Numbered from the whole stretch's first letter, positions 38,920 to 53,115 are shown. The stretch is 63,028 nucleotides of DNA, filler included, from Octopus bimaculoides (GCF_001194135.2; 5 parts of 4 records of this genome joined end to end with filler, not necessarily neighbours in it); one strand, 5' to 3'. Program-made: numbers and translations. Notes: generated by a model not told the origin, from the letters alone.

Positions 38920-39190
38920 ATGCTAGAACCCCGGGAGAACCCGCATTAAGACAACCTAGACCCCACATGAACATATATAACACTAGGTCAAAAGCTAAAA
39001 CAGCTAATATGAACGGGCCATGCTACCCCTCCCCAATTTCCCCAAAATATACATAGCACTACCCATAAGCACGGAAAACAAACTTTTTTTCGGACAACGG
39101 TAGGAACACACAGGAAAACAGACAGGCCACATAGAGAACATTTCCTTCATCAGCTGCCCCCTATTCTAAACTAAGCGTTTCGAAGAGTTA
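38920..39190 (-). mobile_element. Unclassified repeat with PLE-terminus-like CTGATGAAGG
   Basis: Minus strand cgaaacgc...ctgatgaagga followed by a T-rich stretch; similar layout at 31620-31790. Confidence 0.3.
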
Positions 39191-39935
39191 TACCTACATG
39201 CATACATACATGTCTGAATGTCTGAATAGGTAACATTACTTGCTGTCGGCTTTTTCGTGTGACAAGGGAAATATAATATAAAGATATATTTAGAATGTTT
39301 TTGTGTTATTGTTTATGCACCGGGTCAAGCTAGATTGGGCAGAGCTAACATCAAAAGCAGTCTAGCTACAACCATCCCATCTTTGTATCACATACCGTAT
39401 TGTCTAATGTATTCTTCATAGTAGACTGTGATTACAATAAGTAATCGTTATTTTTAGTATACTCCACACTACCTAGTAATGCACTTAACGATGCATACCT
39501 CAACTCCACCTAGTAATGGATCATTCGAATGCACGACAAGCACAATAATATAATAGATTCTAATCATGAAACTACTAAAGATAGCCATCTGCTGTGACGA
39601 TCTCACCAGAGTGGGAAAGTCTGCTAAATCTCTGGGAACTGCACTGAGGACTAAGTTGAAAATAAACGCCGTTTCACCATCCTCAATAGAGTAACACCCA
39701 GTTTTACTGCAAAGACTATTGTAATCTAATTTTCACGACACTCTACTTCAAAAGCCACTACAATGCATCATTTTAATGGAAAGCATGCATCCGTTTTCAC
39801 TACATTGCTTGTCCTATATATTCAGGCACAACTTCCTATAAATATCGAATACATAAACACATTTAACGCTGCTGTGAAATCATTTTTCACCTACAACTAG
39901 TCTGTTGAAATTTTAATCACTGCAATAATACTATC

Positions 39936-39977
<42 letters not shown>

Positions 39978-39998
39978 GTGCGTATATATACATATGTA

Positions 39999-40123
<125 letters not shown>

Positions 40124-40258
40124 TCAACAATACGTATAATTAGATTAGAGTGTTTCAATGTTGAGTAGAGCACAGGCACTGTTTAGGCTACCTGGTCTCA
40201 TCCGTACTTGTGGTACATTTCCGTTGGATTTATTTCAGGAACTTTGCAAATATAATAC

Positions 40259-40290
<32 letters not shown>

Positions 40291-40959
40291 GCAAATTTGT
40301 ATGTTTTACGTATGTATTCTCCGCCTATTATTTCTCATTCTATATCAACGTTAGTATTTCTATCTCTTAGGGACTAAATAAACCCACTTACGCTTGTGCT
40401 ATGCATTTTCTCTATATTGGAGAGAGAAAAAGAAAAGCAGAGAAAAGAAGAGGATCTCGGTCTCGAATGCTTCAGTTTCTGATGAGTTCTGCAACATTTG
40501 AAAAGGTATCGCCTCTCTTTTAAGGAAACCTACTTTCTAGAATCTATGTTGGCCACCGACTAATTCTTTGATTTATCTTGTTTTTATCTTATTACAGAAT
40601 ATTTCTACTTATTTGTCTTGTAGAAAAAACTTCATTAAAGTTAATTATATTTTATTTAAATTATAACGCATTGTATTGATGATGCAAAATAGTTTGCAGT
40701 AATCGGGATTTTTACCTATTATCAACTGGGACACGTATTGTCATACACTTTTGTTCTGGTTTCAGACAAAACTGCTGTTGGATCGAGATTTTGAACGTGA
40801 GCTTTCATGTATCTTCGTACATTCTGCCACGATTTCTCCTTAGTCGTCATCCTGAAACAACGCTTTCAAACTGGACCCTATCCATAACAAGTTCTTTACT
40901 TCTTTGCCCGATTCTCTTCCTTCATCTTTTACTCAGTATATAACCTGAGATATAGTAAA

Positions 40960-41112
40960 TATTGTATCCTCTTCTCCATTCTGTAATTTACTGGCCTGCT
41001 GGTCTTCCAACTTCCAATCACGAATGCTCAGCTCTTTATTCTAAAACTATCCTGAGTTTCCTTCTCTCCTCTTCTATTATTAATGTAGACACTTTCAACG
41101 CAGGACCCTCAC

Positions 41113-41163
<51 letters not shown>

Positions 41164-41240
41164 CTCTTCAGAATGCTTTTGAAGTGAAAGTTGTTGCTCT
41201 TGATATCAACAAGGTTTTTCTTTATATCTGGCTTTAGAAT
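40960..41240 (+). mobile_element. Very degenerate LINE RT remnant interrupted by (CT)n
   Basis: ALQNAFEVKVVALDINKVFLYIW resembles the LDxSKAFDxVWH motif of CR1/L2/jockey-group RTs. Confidence 0.4.
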
Positions 41241-41639
41241 CTTCCCACAGAACTGTTTCCCTTTTCTCGAACCCTTATCACCATGGAAGGATTTTTGTGG
41301 TTTGAGTCACTGCATGTCGAAGTCTTGAAAATATTTTTTATGTAGCATATTAGATGTAATTTGTGGCGCTGAATCCGAATTAGTTATCAATTTATTCCAG
41401 AAAGATTTTGTTCAAAATTTGATAATTTTCAGAATTTTCAGNNNNNNNNNNTCTCTCTCTCTCTCTTGCTCTTCAGAATGCTTTTGAAGTGAAAGTTGTT
41501 GCTCTTGATATCAACAAGGTTTTTCTTTATATCTGGCTTTAGAATCTTCCCACAGAACTGTTTCCCTTTTCTCGAACCCTTATCACCATGGAAGGATTTT
41601 TGTGGTTTGAGTCACTGCATGTCGAAGTCTTGAAAATAT

Positions 41640-42250
41640 TTTTTATGTAGCATATTAGATGTAATTTGTGGCGCTGAATCCGAATTAGTTATCAATTTAT
41701 TCCAGAAAGATTTTGTTCAAAATTTGATAATTTTCAGAATTTTCAGCCAATCAGAAAACAGCGCGTTCGCTGCCTCTTCCATCATCTGTCAGCGTAGCGA
41801 GAAGTGGGAAGCGCCGGCATGTCAAAATATTAGTAATAACAGTGAAAAACATGTTACTATGGAAAAAGAGTTCTTTGCAAAGTTATGGAACATGTGGTGG
41901 TTACACTCCTTGGTTGCTATGGAAACAAAGTTCTTTGTCTACTATACTAACAGAACTTCACGGGGATGTGTAAAATACTCGCTTCTGATTGGCTAAAATA
42001 TCCAAATTTTGCAAACTTTAAAAACTAATTACTTTTTAATTATAAATTTATAGGAAAAATGATTTTCATTTTCAGAATTCGAATACTTAATCCATATACC
42101 AGATTTGAAAACAACTGGAACAAAATTGGATATAGTGATTCAAACCACAAAGATCCCCAAGGCAGATTTCTGATATATATTTCATTGCACCATAAGTCAA
42201 CTGAACACTCTCCTGTCTTTTTCCCCATTGACTTAGAACTATATTAGAGA
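41640..42250. mobile_element. Putative non-autonomous DNA transposon with imperfect internal inverted repeats
   Basis: Inverted agccaatcagaa / ttctgattggct at 41745 and 41983 with AT-rich mirrored flanks; termini not resolved. Confidence 0.35.
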
Positions 42251-43439
42251 TTCTCCAGTACACCCAACCGTCTTTACGTTGAAATGCTTGTGTGATCCCT
42301 AATTACATCTAATCTAATCACCTTACATTACATATTTGTTACTGAAAGTGAGAATAAGCTCTGATTTTAAACCTATGCTACCCAGGAAAAAGTTTTCGGG
42401 AGTAAACCTGTTGATAAATCCTGAGCTGAAGTTTCATATAATTTATTTCAGTTTATGATAAATATTTATTAAAGTTGAAATACTCTCTGATGGCTTTCTT
42501 CAATTCTCTGTTTTTATGTACCTTCATGCCTATGCATGTTAAATTAAATCTATTGTTGGTGTCCTTTTATTGTATTTATTCAAGTAAAGAGTCATTGCTC
42601 GATGAAACGATTGTGAGAGAACATACAACGGGCCAGATGTAGTTGAAAGAAAAAACTGTAGAATAGAAGAATCACTCGAGTAAAATAGAAATAGTTTGGG
42701 AGGTAAATGACCTTTTCATGTGAATTAAAATACTGGTTTAAACCTAAATTGTAAAGTATCTAATCGAAAGACAACGGGATTTAGAGAAATAGAAACACTC
42801 CCTTTCCACACACTACTCCAATATACGTTTCGCAGATACCATGTATTTGATTGTAGGTATACAGAGTTACAATTTTATAACTATAGGAACGAAGTAACAA
42901 AAGATATGAACTATAAAAGCACTCAACGTTGAATGAAATATAAGCTGATTTACTCAAATCCATTTGATTGCATTAGAATGAAAACACCAACTGTTGTTTT
43001 ATGACTCACGTTTTTTTAATATTTATTGTGTACAGGTCATGTCTTTGAAACAGGATGTTGAACTAATCGTATTCTAGTTCACTTAGCTCTGACAAATAAA
43101 TGTTAGGTACAATGGAAGTGGGTTTCTACTAGCAGCGATTTATGTTTCCTTCATCCACCGCTCGGTATTGATAAGTCTTTAGGTCTAATGACCTCTCGAA
43201 GATTTGGAGACATTCATTCTAGAATATCCTAAAGGTTTCATAATTAAATCTCTGTAGATAGGAGAGATTCTTAAAATGTTGCCATCCACCACTTTGTCAC
43301 AGAAGAAACTACTAAACAACCAAATTACTCAAGCTGTGAATTTTTTTTTACCACAGTTCCAATGCAATAACGTTTATCCAATCCATATGAGTTACCAATC
43401 CATCAACCGTTTCCCCGTTTCTCATTTTCCCCATTGTCT

Positions 43440-44268
43440 CAACTCTCTATCACTGCCAACATTTGGGCTGCTTGATTGGATGCTTGATGAGATCCGAGCC
43501 ATTGATGTGAAAACCCGAAAAATACTAACAAGCACACATAATTTCCACATAAACAGTGACGTAGACCGCCACTACCTAAAACGAAATCAAGGTGGTAGAG
43601 GCTTAACATCGATTCGAAATGCCTTTGAATGTCGCATCGTATCCCTTCGGCAACGTCATTTAACCACCAAGTGTCGAAGTGCATCCCTTGACCAAGTTCG
43701 CATACATGAGGCTGATAGCATCATAATACTTGGAAGGCAGCTCCTTGAGCAACACTCTTTGTCTGATAACCTAGAATATATGCCCAAAGAAGTCACACGA
43801 CTCTACTGCAACACATCATCAGATGAAAGGATGAGCCTGTATGAGCAGAAGACTATGCATGGATATGTTAGTAGAAAGCTCCGAGATTATAGTAACAGCA
43901 ATCATCAAAGCAGTTTATCATGGACGAATAGCCGGATTATTACCGCTCACTCGGAAATGTATGCGTTTGCAATCCAGGGAGAGGAAATATCAACCAAATA
44001 CCTGATGCACAAAAGAGACGCGAGAAAAGCCGTAAAATGTGACAACCGATGCAGACTTTGTAGAATTAGCACCGAAGATATCACCCACATCATAAGCAGT
44101 TGTCCGAAAATGTCATCACGGTATTATCTACAGATGAAACATGACGTTGTAGCTAGGACACTCTATAATGAAATCCGTCGGAAAGATAATCCTGAGGATA
44201 AAGAAATAAGAACCCACAATATGGTAGAAGCCATATACACTCATAAGGAAAAGGAATACTGGTGGAAT
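43440..44268 (+). mobile_element. R4/Dong-clade non-LTR retrotransposon fragment (RT thumb to CCHC), open frame
   Basis: IDVKTRKILT..H..SDVDRHYLKRNQGGRGL; MHGY; CRLCRISTEDITHIISSC zinc knuckle; HDVVA; ends at EYWWN before the endonuclease. Confidence 0.88.
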
Positions 44269-44375
44269 GACTCCACATTCGACTTACTTTGTATTTTGAA
44301 ATTTTCTCCGTTTCTTTTAGAGAAACATTATCATCTGTTGGTATTGATACATCGATTATTATTAATCGATGTTTG
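44266..44375 (-). mobile_element. RLE endonuclease fragment of a second R4-type family, opposite strand
   Basis: LIIIDVSIPTDDNVSLKETEKISKYK-VSRMWS; same family as 47329-47700. Confidence 0.8.
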
Positions 44376-44377
44376 CT

Positions 44378-44450
44378 CCCACTGCGAAGCATCATGGACA
44401 AGTGCCTTCTGCTATAGACCTGGATCGAGCAGAGCCTTGAATGCCAAATC
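44378..44450 (+). mobile_element. Family A SINE internal fragment
   Basis: ccactgcgaagcatcatggacaagtgccttctgctatag...gagccttgaatg. Confidence 0.5.
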
Positions 44451-45399
44451 TAATGCACAAAAACCATATAAAAGGCCGCCAGAAACATCGTTCTTGTTCT
44501 TAACTGGAAGACTTAACGTTCAACAGCGCCATTGACTTCAAAACAAAGTTTCTCCAAGCTATGTTCATAGAAGAATTTGAACTCAGCATGGCAAGTTATA
44601 AAACAGCTACCAGTTACACAGTAGACGGTGGTGGAATACGAACCATGAACACATCGGATCGAATCGGTTCTCGAGTTTCAGAAAAGATTTCAATTCATTT
44701 AAATTTCCATTTAATTGTGATAACGGGAATAAAGGGTACATTTAGAGGTGATCAGTCAGTTTCCATAACTCTCACCTTTTATTCATTAGTGAATGATCTC
44801 GCATAGAATTCAGATATTTGTTAAAAATAGAATATATTTTCCAAATGGTACAACTGCACTGGTTTTTTTCCGCTTCACCATGACCTAGAACTCTATTTCG
44901 GCTTTTAACTTAATTATCATGGCGGAACATGTCTTCCCGGCGTCCTTATCATTTTTCTTTATGTTCATATCTTATTTCTGTTGTCCCATATGTAAATCAG
45001 TAATGTAATAAATATCATGTAATAAGATCGCATTCTATTACTCGTGTAGAAATATAACATACACACACACACATGCACTCATACAGAAATACACACATAT
45101 GCGCACATACCCTCCCCCAGACAGACAGACAGACAGACAGACAGACACAGAAACACAATCATATCTGGATACAGTATTCGTAAAGATGATATTATAAGTA
45201 CTTATTTGCGATTTGGGTAGCATCGTGAGCAAATCGACTTTGCGTTTGCACTGCACTTTCTTAAATTAAATAGTTTTTAATAACTTTCTGGTATTTCATT
45301 GAACAATTTCATTTCTCTAAGTATCTCATTTCTTTCACATTTCATTTATCAGCCTTAAGTGCTAATAGAACGGACGTTTCCATCAATCTTCACCGTCTC

Positions 45400-45840
45400 A
45401 AATCAGTACTTTTTACGTTTAATTTTACAATTTCTTTTGTTGTTTTCTGGGGAGAGTCATTCTCGTTTGACGCCTTATTATTTAACACACTCACCTTTAA
45501 ACTTTCCACTCATTTACTTATTTATTTTCGACCTCCGAAGGGATGAAACGCAAAGTTGACCTCGACGGAATTTGAAATCAGAACGTAGCGGCAGACGAAA
45601 TACTGCTAAGCCTTTCGCCCGGCGTGCTAACGATTCTTTTCTGCTCTAGGCTCGAAATTTTTGGGGGAGGGGGCCAATCGATTAGATCGATCCAGTACGC
45701 AACTGGTACTTAATTTATCGACCCCGAAAGGATGAAAGGCAAAGTCAACATCGGCGGAATTTGAACTCAGAGCGTAAAGACAACCGAAATACCGCTAAGC
45801 ATTTCGCCCGGCGTGCCGACGTTTCTGCCAGCTCACCGCT
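45400..45840 (-). mobile_element. Two tandem family C SINEs
   Basis: gggatgaaacgcaaagttgacctcg and aggatgaaaggcaaagtcaacatcgg copies; heads end at about 45635 and 45840. Confidence 0.85.
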
Positions 45841-45842
45841 AC

Positions 45843-45843
<1 letters not shown>

Positions 45844-45920
<77 letters not shown>
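45844..45920. repeat. (TAA)n microsatellite
   Basis: Direct reading. Confidence 0.97.
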
Positions 45921-47328
<1,408 letters not shown>

Positions 47329-47700
47329 TTTCTAATTGATGTATGAATACCAACAGATGACAAGGTGTCTCTAAAAGAAATGGAGAAACTTTCAGTAGAG
47401 GCAACTCGAATGTGGAATCTAAAATCAGAAACAATTCCTATCATAGAGAGCGTATTAGGCATGATAAAAAAATTTTAAAATATTCATACAAATACATAAC
47501 AAAAACACCAAGACTTACAAATATATACAACATACAGAAAATTGCACTACTGGGCACTGGGCACTGCGCACATCCTACGTAAAATATTTTGAATACAGTA
47601 ACCATAAGAGCATCACAACAAACCACAGCACATACTCAAGGCACATAGAGCTGCGCTCGGTAGTGCAGTGAAAGCACGTTATAAAAATAAGACTACTGAA
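47329..47700 (+). mobile_element. R4-type retrotransposon 3' end, second family
   Basis: CFLIDV*IPTDDKVSLKEMEKLS-VEATRMWNLKSETIPII..LGMIK ... IQKIALLGT..HILRKI; 3' UTR ends in taataatgatgataataat. Confidence 0.85.
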
Positions 47701-47719
47701 TAATAATGATGATAATAAT

Positions 47720-47830
47720 CTTTTCTGCTTTAGGGTCAAGGCCCGAAATTTTTTTGGAGGGGTTAAGTCGATTAGATCGACCCCAGTACGCAACTGGTAC
47801 TTATTCTATCGGTCTTTTACCCAACTGCTA
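47720..47830 (-). mobile_element. Family C SINE 3' part, cut by a gap
   Basis: ttctgctttagggtcaaggcccgaaattt...gatcgaccccagtacgcaactggtactt. Confidence 0.75.
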
Positions 47831-48493
47831 TGNNNNNNNNNNNNNNNNNNNNNNNNNNNNNNNNNNNNNNNNNNNNNNNNNNNNNNNNNNNNNNNNNNNN
47901 NNNNNNNNNNNNNNNNNNNNNNNNNNNNNNNNNNNNNNNNNNNNNNNNNNNNNNNNNNNNNNNNNNNNNNNNNNNNNNNNNNNNNNNNNNNNNNNNNNNN
48001 NNNNNNNNNNNNNNNNNNNNNNNNNNNNNNNNNNNNNNNNNNNNNNNNNNNNNNNNNNNNNNNNNNNNNNNNNNNNNNNNNNNNNNNNNNNNNNNNNNNN
48101 NNNNNNNNNNNNNNNNNNNNNNNNNNNNNNNNNNNNNNNNNNNNNNNNNNNNNNNNNNNNNNNNNNNNNNNNNNNNNNNNNNNNNNNNNNNNNNNNNNNN
48201 NNNNNNNNNNNNNNNNNNNNNNNNNNNNNNNATATATAATCTTTTTATTATATTTATCTTATGATATTTACTTTACTTTATATTATACTCATTTATTGTG
48301 CTTTTAATTATTAATTTTTCTATATGTGATAGTGGATTTTCATCGATGAGTTCTTGAAAATTGGTTATTTTCCCTAAAAAAAAATATATATATATATATA
48401 TTCAGTTTCCGTGTACCAAATCCACTCACAAGTCTTTGGTCGGCTTATACATTTTTTTATTTATTTATTCTCTTATTTCTCTCCTCTTTCTTC

Positions 48494-48527
<34 letters not shown>

Positions 48528-49084
48528 TGCGTCACCCGCTATCAAATTTATATAAAAACCAGTGACTTCTCAAACACTCCTGTTTTTTTTTCTCTATCAA
48601 AGTGTACGTCTCAAGATAGAAGTCTCAAATTTCATTTCATAACACACGTATAACAATTTCCAACTCTAGTTCCTATCTATTTCATCGCTAACTTCAAACA
48701 CTTTTAACTTCTTTTATAATAGAAGAGTCACCGTCATTGACAAGTCGGGAAAAATACCCACCGTCGGGTTTTTTTTATATTTTGAAAAGAAACTGAAGAG
48801 TAAAACACAATCTTGTTTTTGTTACTACAGAGAGTTGTCAGACCTGTAAGAATATTTTCCCGTGAGTACGGTGAGTTTATTCAAAAGATATTCACTAAAT
48901 GTATGTCAAGGTTTAATAAAGTCTTTCACTGAAAATACCATTTTAACTGTGACTGCCTTTTGTTGCAAACAACTTTTGATATCATTGTTTAATTTCAAAT
49001 CATCTCTGACGCCTGCAGTCGATCGGACGACACATTTGTTGCTTCAATTAATCGGTGTCCCAACTTGATTGAGAAGCCTTGTAC

Positions 49085-49340
49085 ATATTCTATCGGTTGC
49101 TTTTGCCGAACAAATAAGTTATGAGGACATAAACACACCAACACCGATTGTCAAGCAGTGATGGGGGACAAAAACACGCACACACATACATAAACGACAA
49201 GCTTCTTTCAGTTTCCGTATGCTAAATCCACTCACAAGGCTTTGGTCGGCCCAAGACTATAGTAGAAGAAACTAGCTCAAGGTGCCGCACAGTTGGACGG
49301 AACCCGGAACCATGCAGTTGCGAAGCGAGCCTTTTCCGCG
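49085..49340 (-). mobile_element. SINE module B (partial) + short microsatellite + family A
   Basis: Same B-linker-A order as 3281-3686. Confidence 0.75.
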
Positions 49341-50360
49341 CAGCCGAAATTGCAAAGATAATCTGAAACTCGACCGAGGAAAGAAAACTTCGAATAACCC
49401 GTCCGTGTTTTTCTTGTCCCTCTTTTGTATCATCTGTCTGGATGTTTTGCGTTCTTGTCCCATTATATNNNNNNNNNNNNNNNNNNNNNNNNNNNNNNNN
49501 NNNNNNNNNNNNNNNNNNNNNNNNNNNNNNNNNNNNNNNNNNNNNNNNNNNNNNNNNNNNNNNNNNNNNNNNNNNNNNNNNNNNNNNNNNNNNNNNNNNN
49601 NNNNNNNNNNNNNNNNNNNNNNNNNNNNNNNNNNNNNNNNNNNNNNNNNNNNNNNNNNNNNNNNNNNNNNNNNNNNNNNNNNNNNNNNNNNNNNNNNNNN
49701 NNNNNNNNNNNNNNNNNNNNNNNNNNNNNNNNNNNNNNNNNNNNNNNNNNNNNNNNNNNNNNNNNNNNNNNNNNNNNNNNNNNNNNNNNNNNNNNNNNNN
49801 NNNNNNNNNNNNNNNNNNNNNNNNNNNNNNNNNNNNNNNNNNNNNNNNNNNNNNNNNNNNNNNNNNNNNNNNNNNNNNNNNNNNNNNNNNNNNNNNNNNN
49901 NNNNNNNNNNNNNNNNNNNNNNNNNNNNNNNNNNNNNNNNNNNNNNNNNNNNNNNNNNNNNNNNNNNNNNNNNNNNNNNNNNNNNNNNNNNNNNNNNNNN
50001 NNNNNNNNNNNNNNNNNNNNNNNNNNNNNNNNNNNNNNNNNNNNNNNNNNNNNNNNNNNNNNNNNNNNNNNNNNNNNNNNNNNNNNNNNNNNNNNNNNNN
50101 NNNNNNNNNNNNNNNNNNNNNNNNNNNNNNNNNNNNNNNNNNNNNNNNNNNNNNNNNNNNNNNNNNNNNNNNNNNNNNNNNNNNNNNNNNNNNNNNNNNN
50201 NNNNNNNNNNNNNNNNNNNNNNNNNNNNNNNNNNNNNNNNNNNNNNNNNNNNNNNNNNNNNNNNNNNNNNNNNNNNNNNNNNNNNNNNNNNNNTATATAT
50301 ATATATATATATATATATGCATGTATGCATGTATGTGTGTGTGTATGTATGCATGTATGT

Positions 50361-50396
<36 letters not shown>

Positions 50397-51160
50397 TAAT
50401 GTTTGTTTTTAATGTTCAGCTGAAACAGGAATCGTCTGCTTTCAGACGATTTCGAGATTTCATTTCATAGCAGTGACTCCTCTCCGTTGACTCAGCTTCC
50501 AAATTTATATTGAAAAGAAGAAATAGCGTGTAGAATTTCGTGAAAAAAGGTGTGTATGCAAGTACATGTTTGCGTATAACAGCGGAAATAACACCTGAAA
50601 GAATGATTAGCTTCAAACAAATAAGAAAATTTGATACCTGTTTTCGATTCTAGTTTTGCTTCTTGTGCATTGTATATTCAAGCAAACCCACGCTCACGCG
50701 CGCACACACGCACGTAAACTCACCCCACCCACCCACGCATACACATTCCCGTGCCACATATATTCACGTGTCACAGATGCATGCAGTCGTGTGAGCCTCG
50801 ATATACTAGTTGTCATGCAATTTTTTTTAACAGCCTTTCCATTAGTCTTAATCGAGATTAAAGATTGGTTGCATTCGCCCATACAAGTGAAGATGTCTTA
50901 AGTTTAGGACAGATATAATTAGCATCTTGAGTAAACGCGGAGAAAAGTTTTCATTGAACACCAACCTAAAAGTAGTTAATTATTATATATTTATGTATTC
51001 TCGCGAAATATTCATATCTTGTCAAGTCACTTCAAAGATATGTCAAAAGACGTTAAATGAGGCTCAATTTTCACAAATATGAAATGTGGAGACGTATTTT
51101 TACTCCTGACAATGATTCATCAACCTATGAAGGGAGATGAATGAATGTTATATATGCCTC

Positions 51161-51213
<53 letters not shown>

Positions 51214-51214
51214 A

Positions 51215-51540
51215 TGAAGGTGCGTGGTACTGAGGCGTATCCACTCACGATCATGAGATCGTGACTTCGATTCCTCGACCGGCTGCGCGTTGTGTCCTTT
51301 AGCAAGAGATTTTATTTCATGTTGCTCCACTCAGTTCAGCTAACAAAACTGAGTTGTACATGTCTTTCAAAGGGTCAGCCTGATCATATTCTGTTTCACG
51401 TTGAATTCCCCTTGAGAACTATGTGAAGGGTACGCGTGTTTGGATTGCTCAGCCACTTGCACGTTAATTTCGAGAGCAGGCTGTTCCGTTCTTCTGATCA
51501 ACTGGAACCCTTGTCGTCGTAACCGACAGAATGCCAATTT
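51215..51540 (+). mobile_element. Long family D tRNA SINE
   Basis: gaaggtgcgtgg...cttcgattcctcgaccgg...tgtcctttagcaagag...gttgctccactcag plus an extended 3' body. Confidence 0.6.
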
Positions 51541-52474
51541 ATATACATGAGTAATCTTGCGTCGGACTAGCCTTCGGATGCAATGAGATCGAAACAGCGG
51601 AATCAACGGCAGCGGCAGGTTGTAAAGTGTTGAGTAATCGGTGATTACTTTCCTTCATTTGTACTTGCAGTTCTACTCCGAGCTTGGCGTGAAGAGGGAT
51701 AACAGATTAACTCTTCTTGCACAACACAAGATGAAGCTAAGGTTTTCGAGTGGGCCCTAAGCACTCAATAAGTTATGGTACTCGCGTTTAATTTATTATA
51801 GATTTGTAATTGAATATCTGGTTTTCTTTCAAAGCAGTCACTTTTATATAAACGTGCAAAATTATATTGGTGTATAAAAGTGAATTACATTTAACCAGGA
51901 ATCGACACTAGATGGCAGAGTTTACTCGTTGCTAAAATTAAGAGGAGTCAAGATATTCCTAAAACGTAAGATTAAAATAGAACGTGCTTTAGCATGACTT
52001 AGAGAAGAAATAGCTGATAGCTGAGAATTCAGCATCACACCATTGTTATGGAAATACACAGGAATTCGTATTTTTATTCTGAACTTTTCTGCTATTTGAC
52101 ATTTGATATTCAAGGTTATTGTTTTCCGACATTTATCAAACAAATACATTACATTTGAAGAAAGCTATTCTTCTACCGACTCCACTTCCACTTCATCCAA
52201 TGACCATGCCGTTGTCACGTGCATTGAACTGTTGCACTGATCAGCATTCCTCTGAAATGGCATGTTTTTAAAAAATTCATGCTCACTCACTTGAGCATAT
52301 TCCCATATCTCATAGATCAGAAAAATCGCTAACAAGCTGCACGCACACACTTCGTACATACTTTCTCTTTTACAAACCTCTTAACACTTGTATATCTTTA
52401 ACCCACTAACCAAGCTATCAAGCAAATGACCGACTAACCAGCCGGCTTACATCCCTGTATGCCTTCCATTTGTA

Positions 52475-52515
<41 letters not shown>

Positions 52516-52519
52516 AAAA

Positions 52520-52760
52520 CCCTAATAAAAAAGAATAAAAAAAGAATAAACACAGGAAAAAAAAACAACAACGCGAGCACGTAGTACATGTAAAGTATTA
52601 GCAGACGTTCGGAAAAGGAAAGAAAGGTGGTTTTTACGTTTCGAACAAATCTCTTCGTCAGAAACAGGAGACGGAGAAAAGTCCAAGAGAAAAGAAAGAC
52701 GGACTCGATTAAATTGGATTGTCTAATTTGCATAAAAATACAAGTGCTGACAATATAAAT
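52520..52760 (-). mobile_element. Short non-coding PLE-terminus-like repeat carrying a hammerhead motif
   Basis: Contains 52631-52665; similar to 26150-26350; boundaries approximate. Confidence 0.5.
52631..52665 (-). ncRNA. Minimal type I hammerhead ribozyme motif
   Basis: Minus strand TTT-CTGACGA-A-GAG atttg TTC-GAAAC-GTA-AAA; canonical core, GUA triplet, 3-bp stem I. Confidence 0.6.
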
Positions 52761-52885
52761 GAATTAATTTATAATACTCCATACAGTGGTTCTGGGGTAA
52801 TTTTGAATGAAATGTTTTAAATTATTTTCCACCCCGCCGAAACCGGATTGTTATAAATTGTTACTATGCATACGAGGGGATATAT

Positions 52886-53115
52886 TAGACGGATATTTGT
52901 CTTCATCTTGTTTGTTGTTAACACAACGTTTCGACTGATATACCTTCCAGCCTTCATCAGGTGTCTTGGGGAAATTTCGAACCTGGGTTCTCCTTCCTAA
53001 GGTAGTTTTCGTTGTTGTTGTTGTTGTTGTTGTTATTCAGGTCACTGCCTGGAATCGAACTCGGAATCTTGGGGTCAGTAGCTCGCGCTCTTAACTACTA
53101 CACCGTATGCCCGTG
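52886..53115 (-). mobile_element. tRNA-headed SINE with internal (AAC)n and a 3' hammerhead module
   Basis: Minus strand gggcatacggtgtagtagttaagagcgcg...gagttcgattccaggc head (A- and B-box), then (AAC)n, body, and hammerhead at 52920-52965. Confidence 0.75.
52920..52965 (-). ncRNA. Minimal type I hammerhead ribozyme motif
   Basis: GACAC-CTGATGA-A-GGCTG gaaggtatat CAGTC-GAAAC-GTT-GTGTT; canonical core, 5-bp stems I and II, palindromic AACGTT stem III, GUU triplet. Confidence 0.65.

Noticed and set aside
39140-39185. Permuted hammerhead (GAAAC before CTGATGA); similar at 31620-31665
   Set aside because: Stem I cannot pair and stem II is marginal
40757-40787. 31-nt plus-strand micro-exon (tttcag|...|gtgagc)
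   Set aside because: No partner exons, and it adjoins a degenerate LINE remnant
41145-41746. About 295-bp near-exact direct duplication
   Set aside because: The copies flank a 10-N gap and begin in a (CT)n tract; most likely an unmerged contig overlap
43276-44535. 419-aa ORF as an intact gene
   Set aside because: Chimera of an R4 fragment, an antisense R4 fragment and a SINE piece; no RT catalytic core or endonuclease
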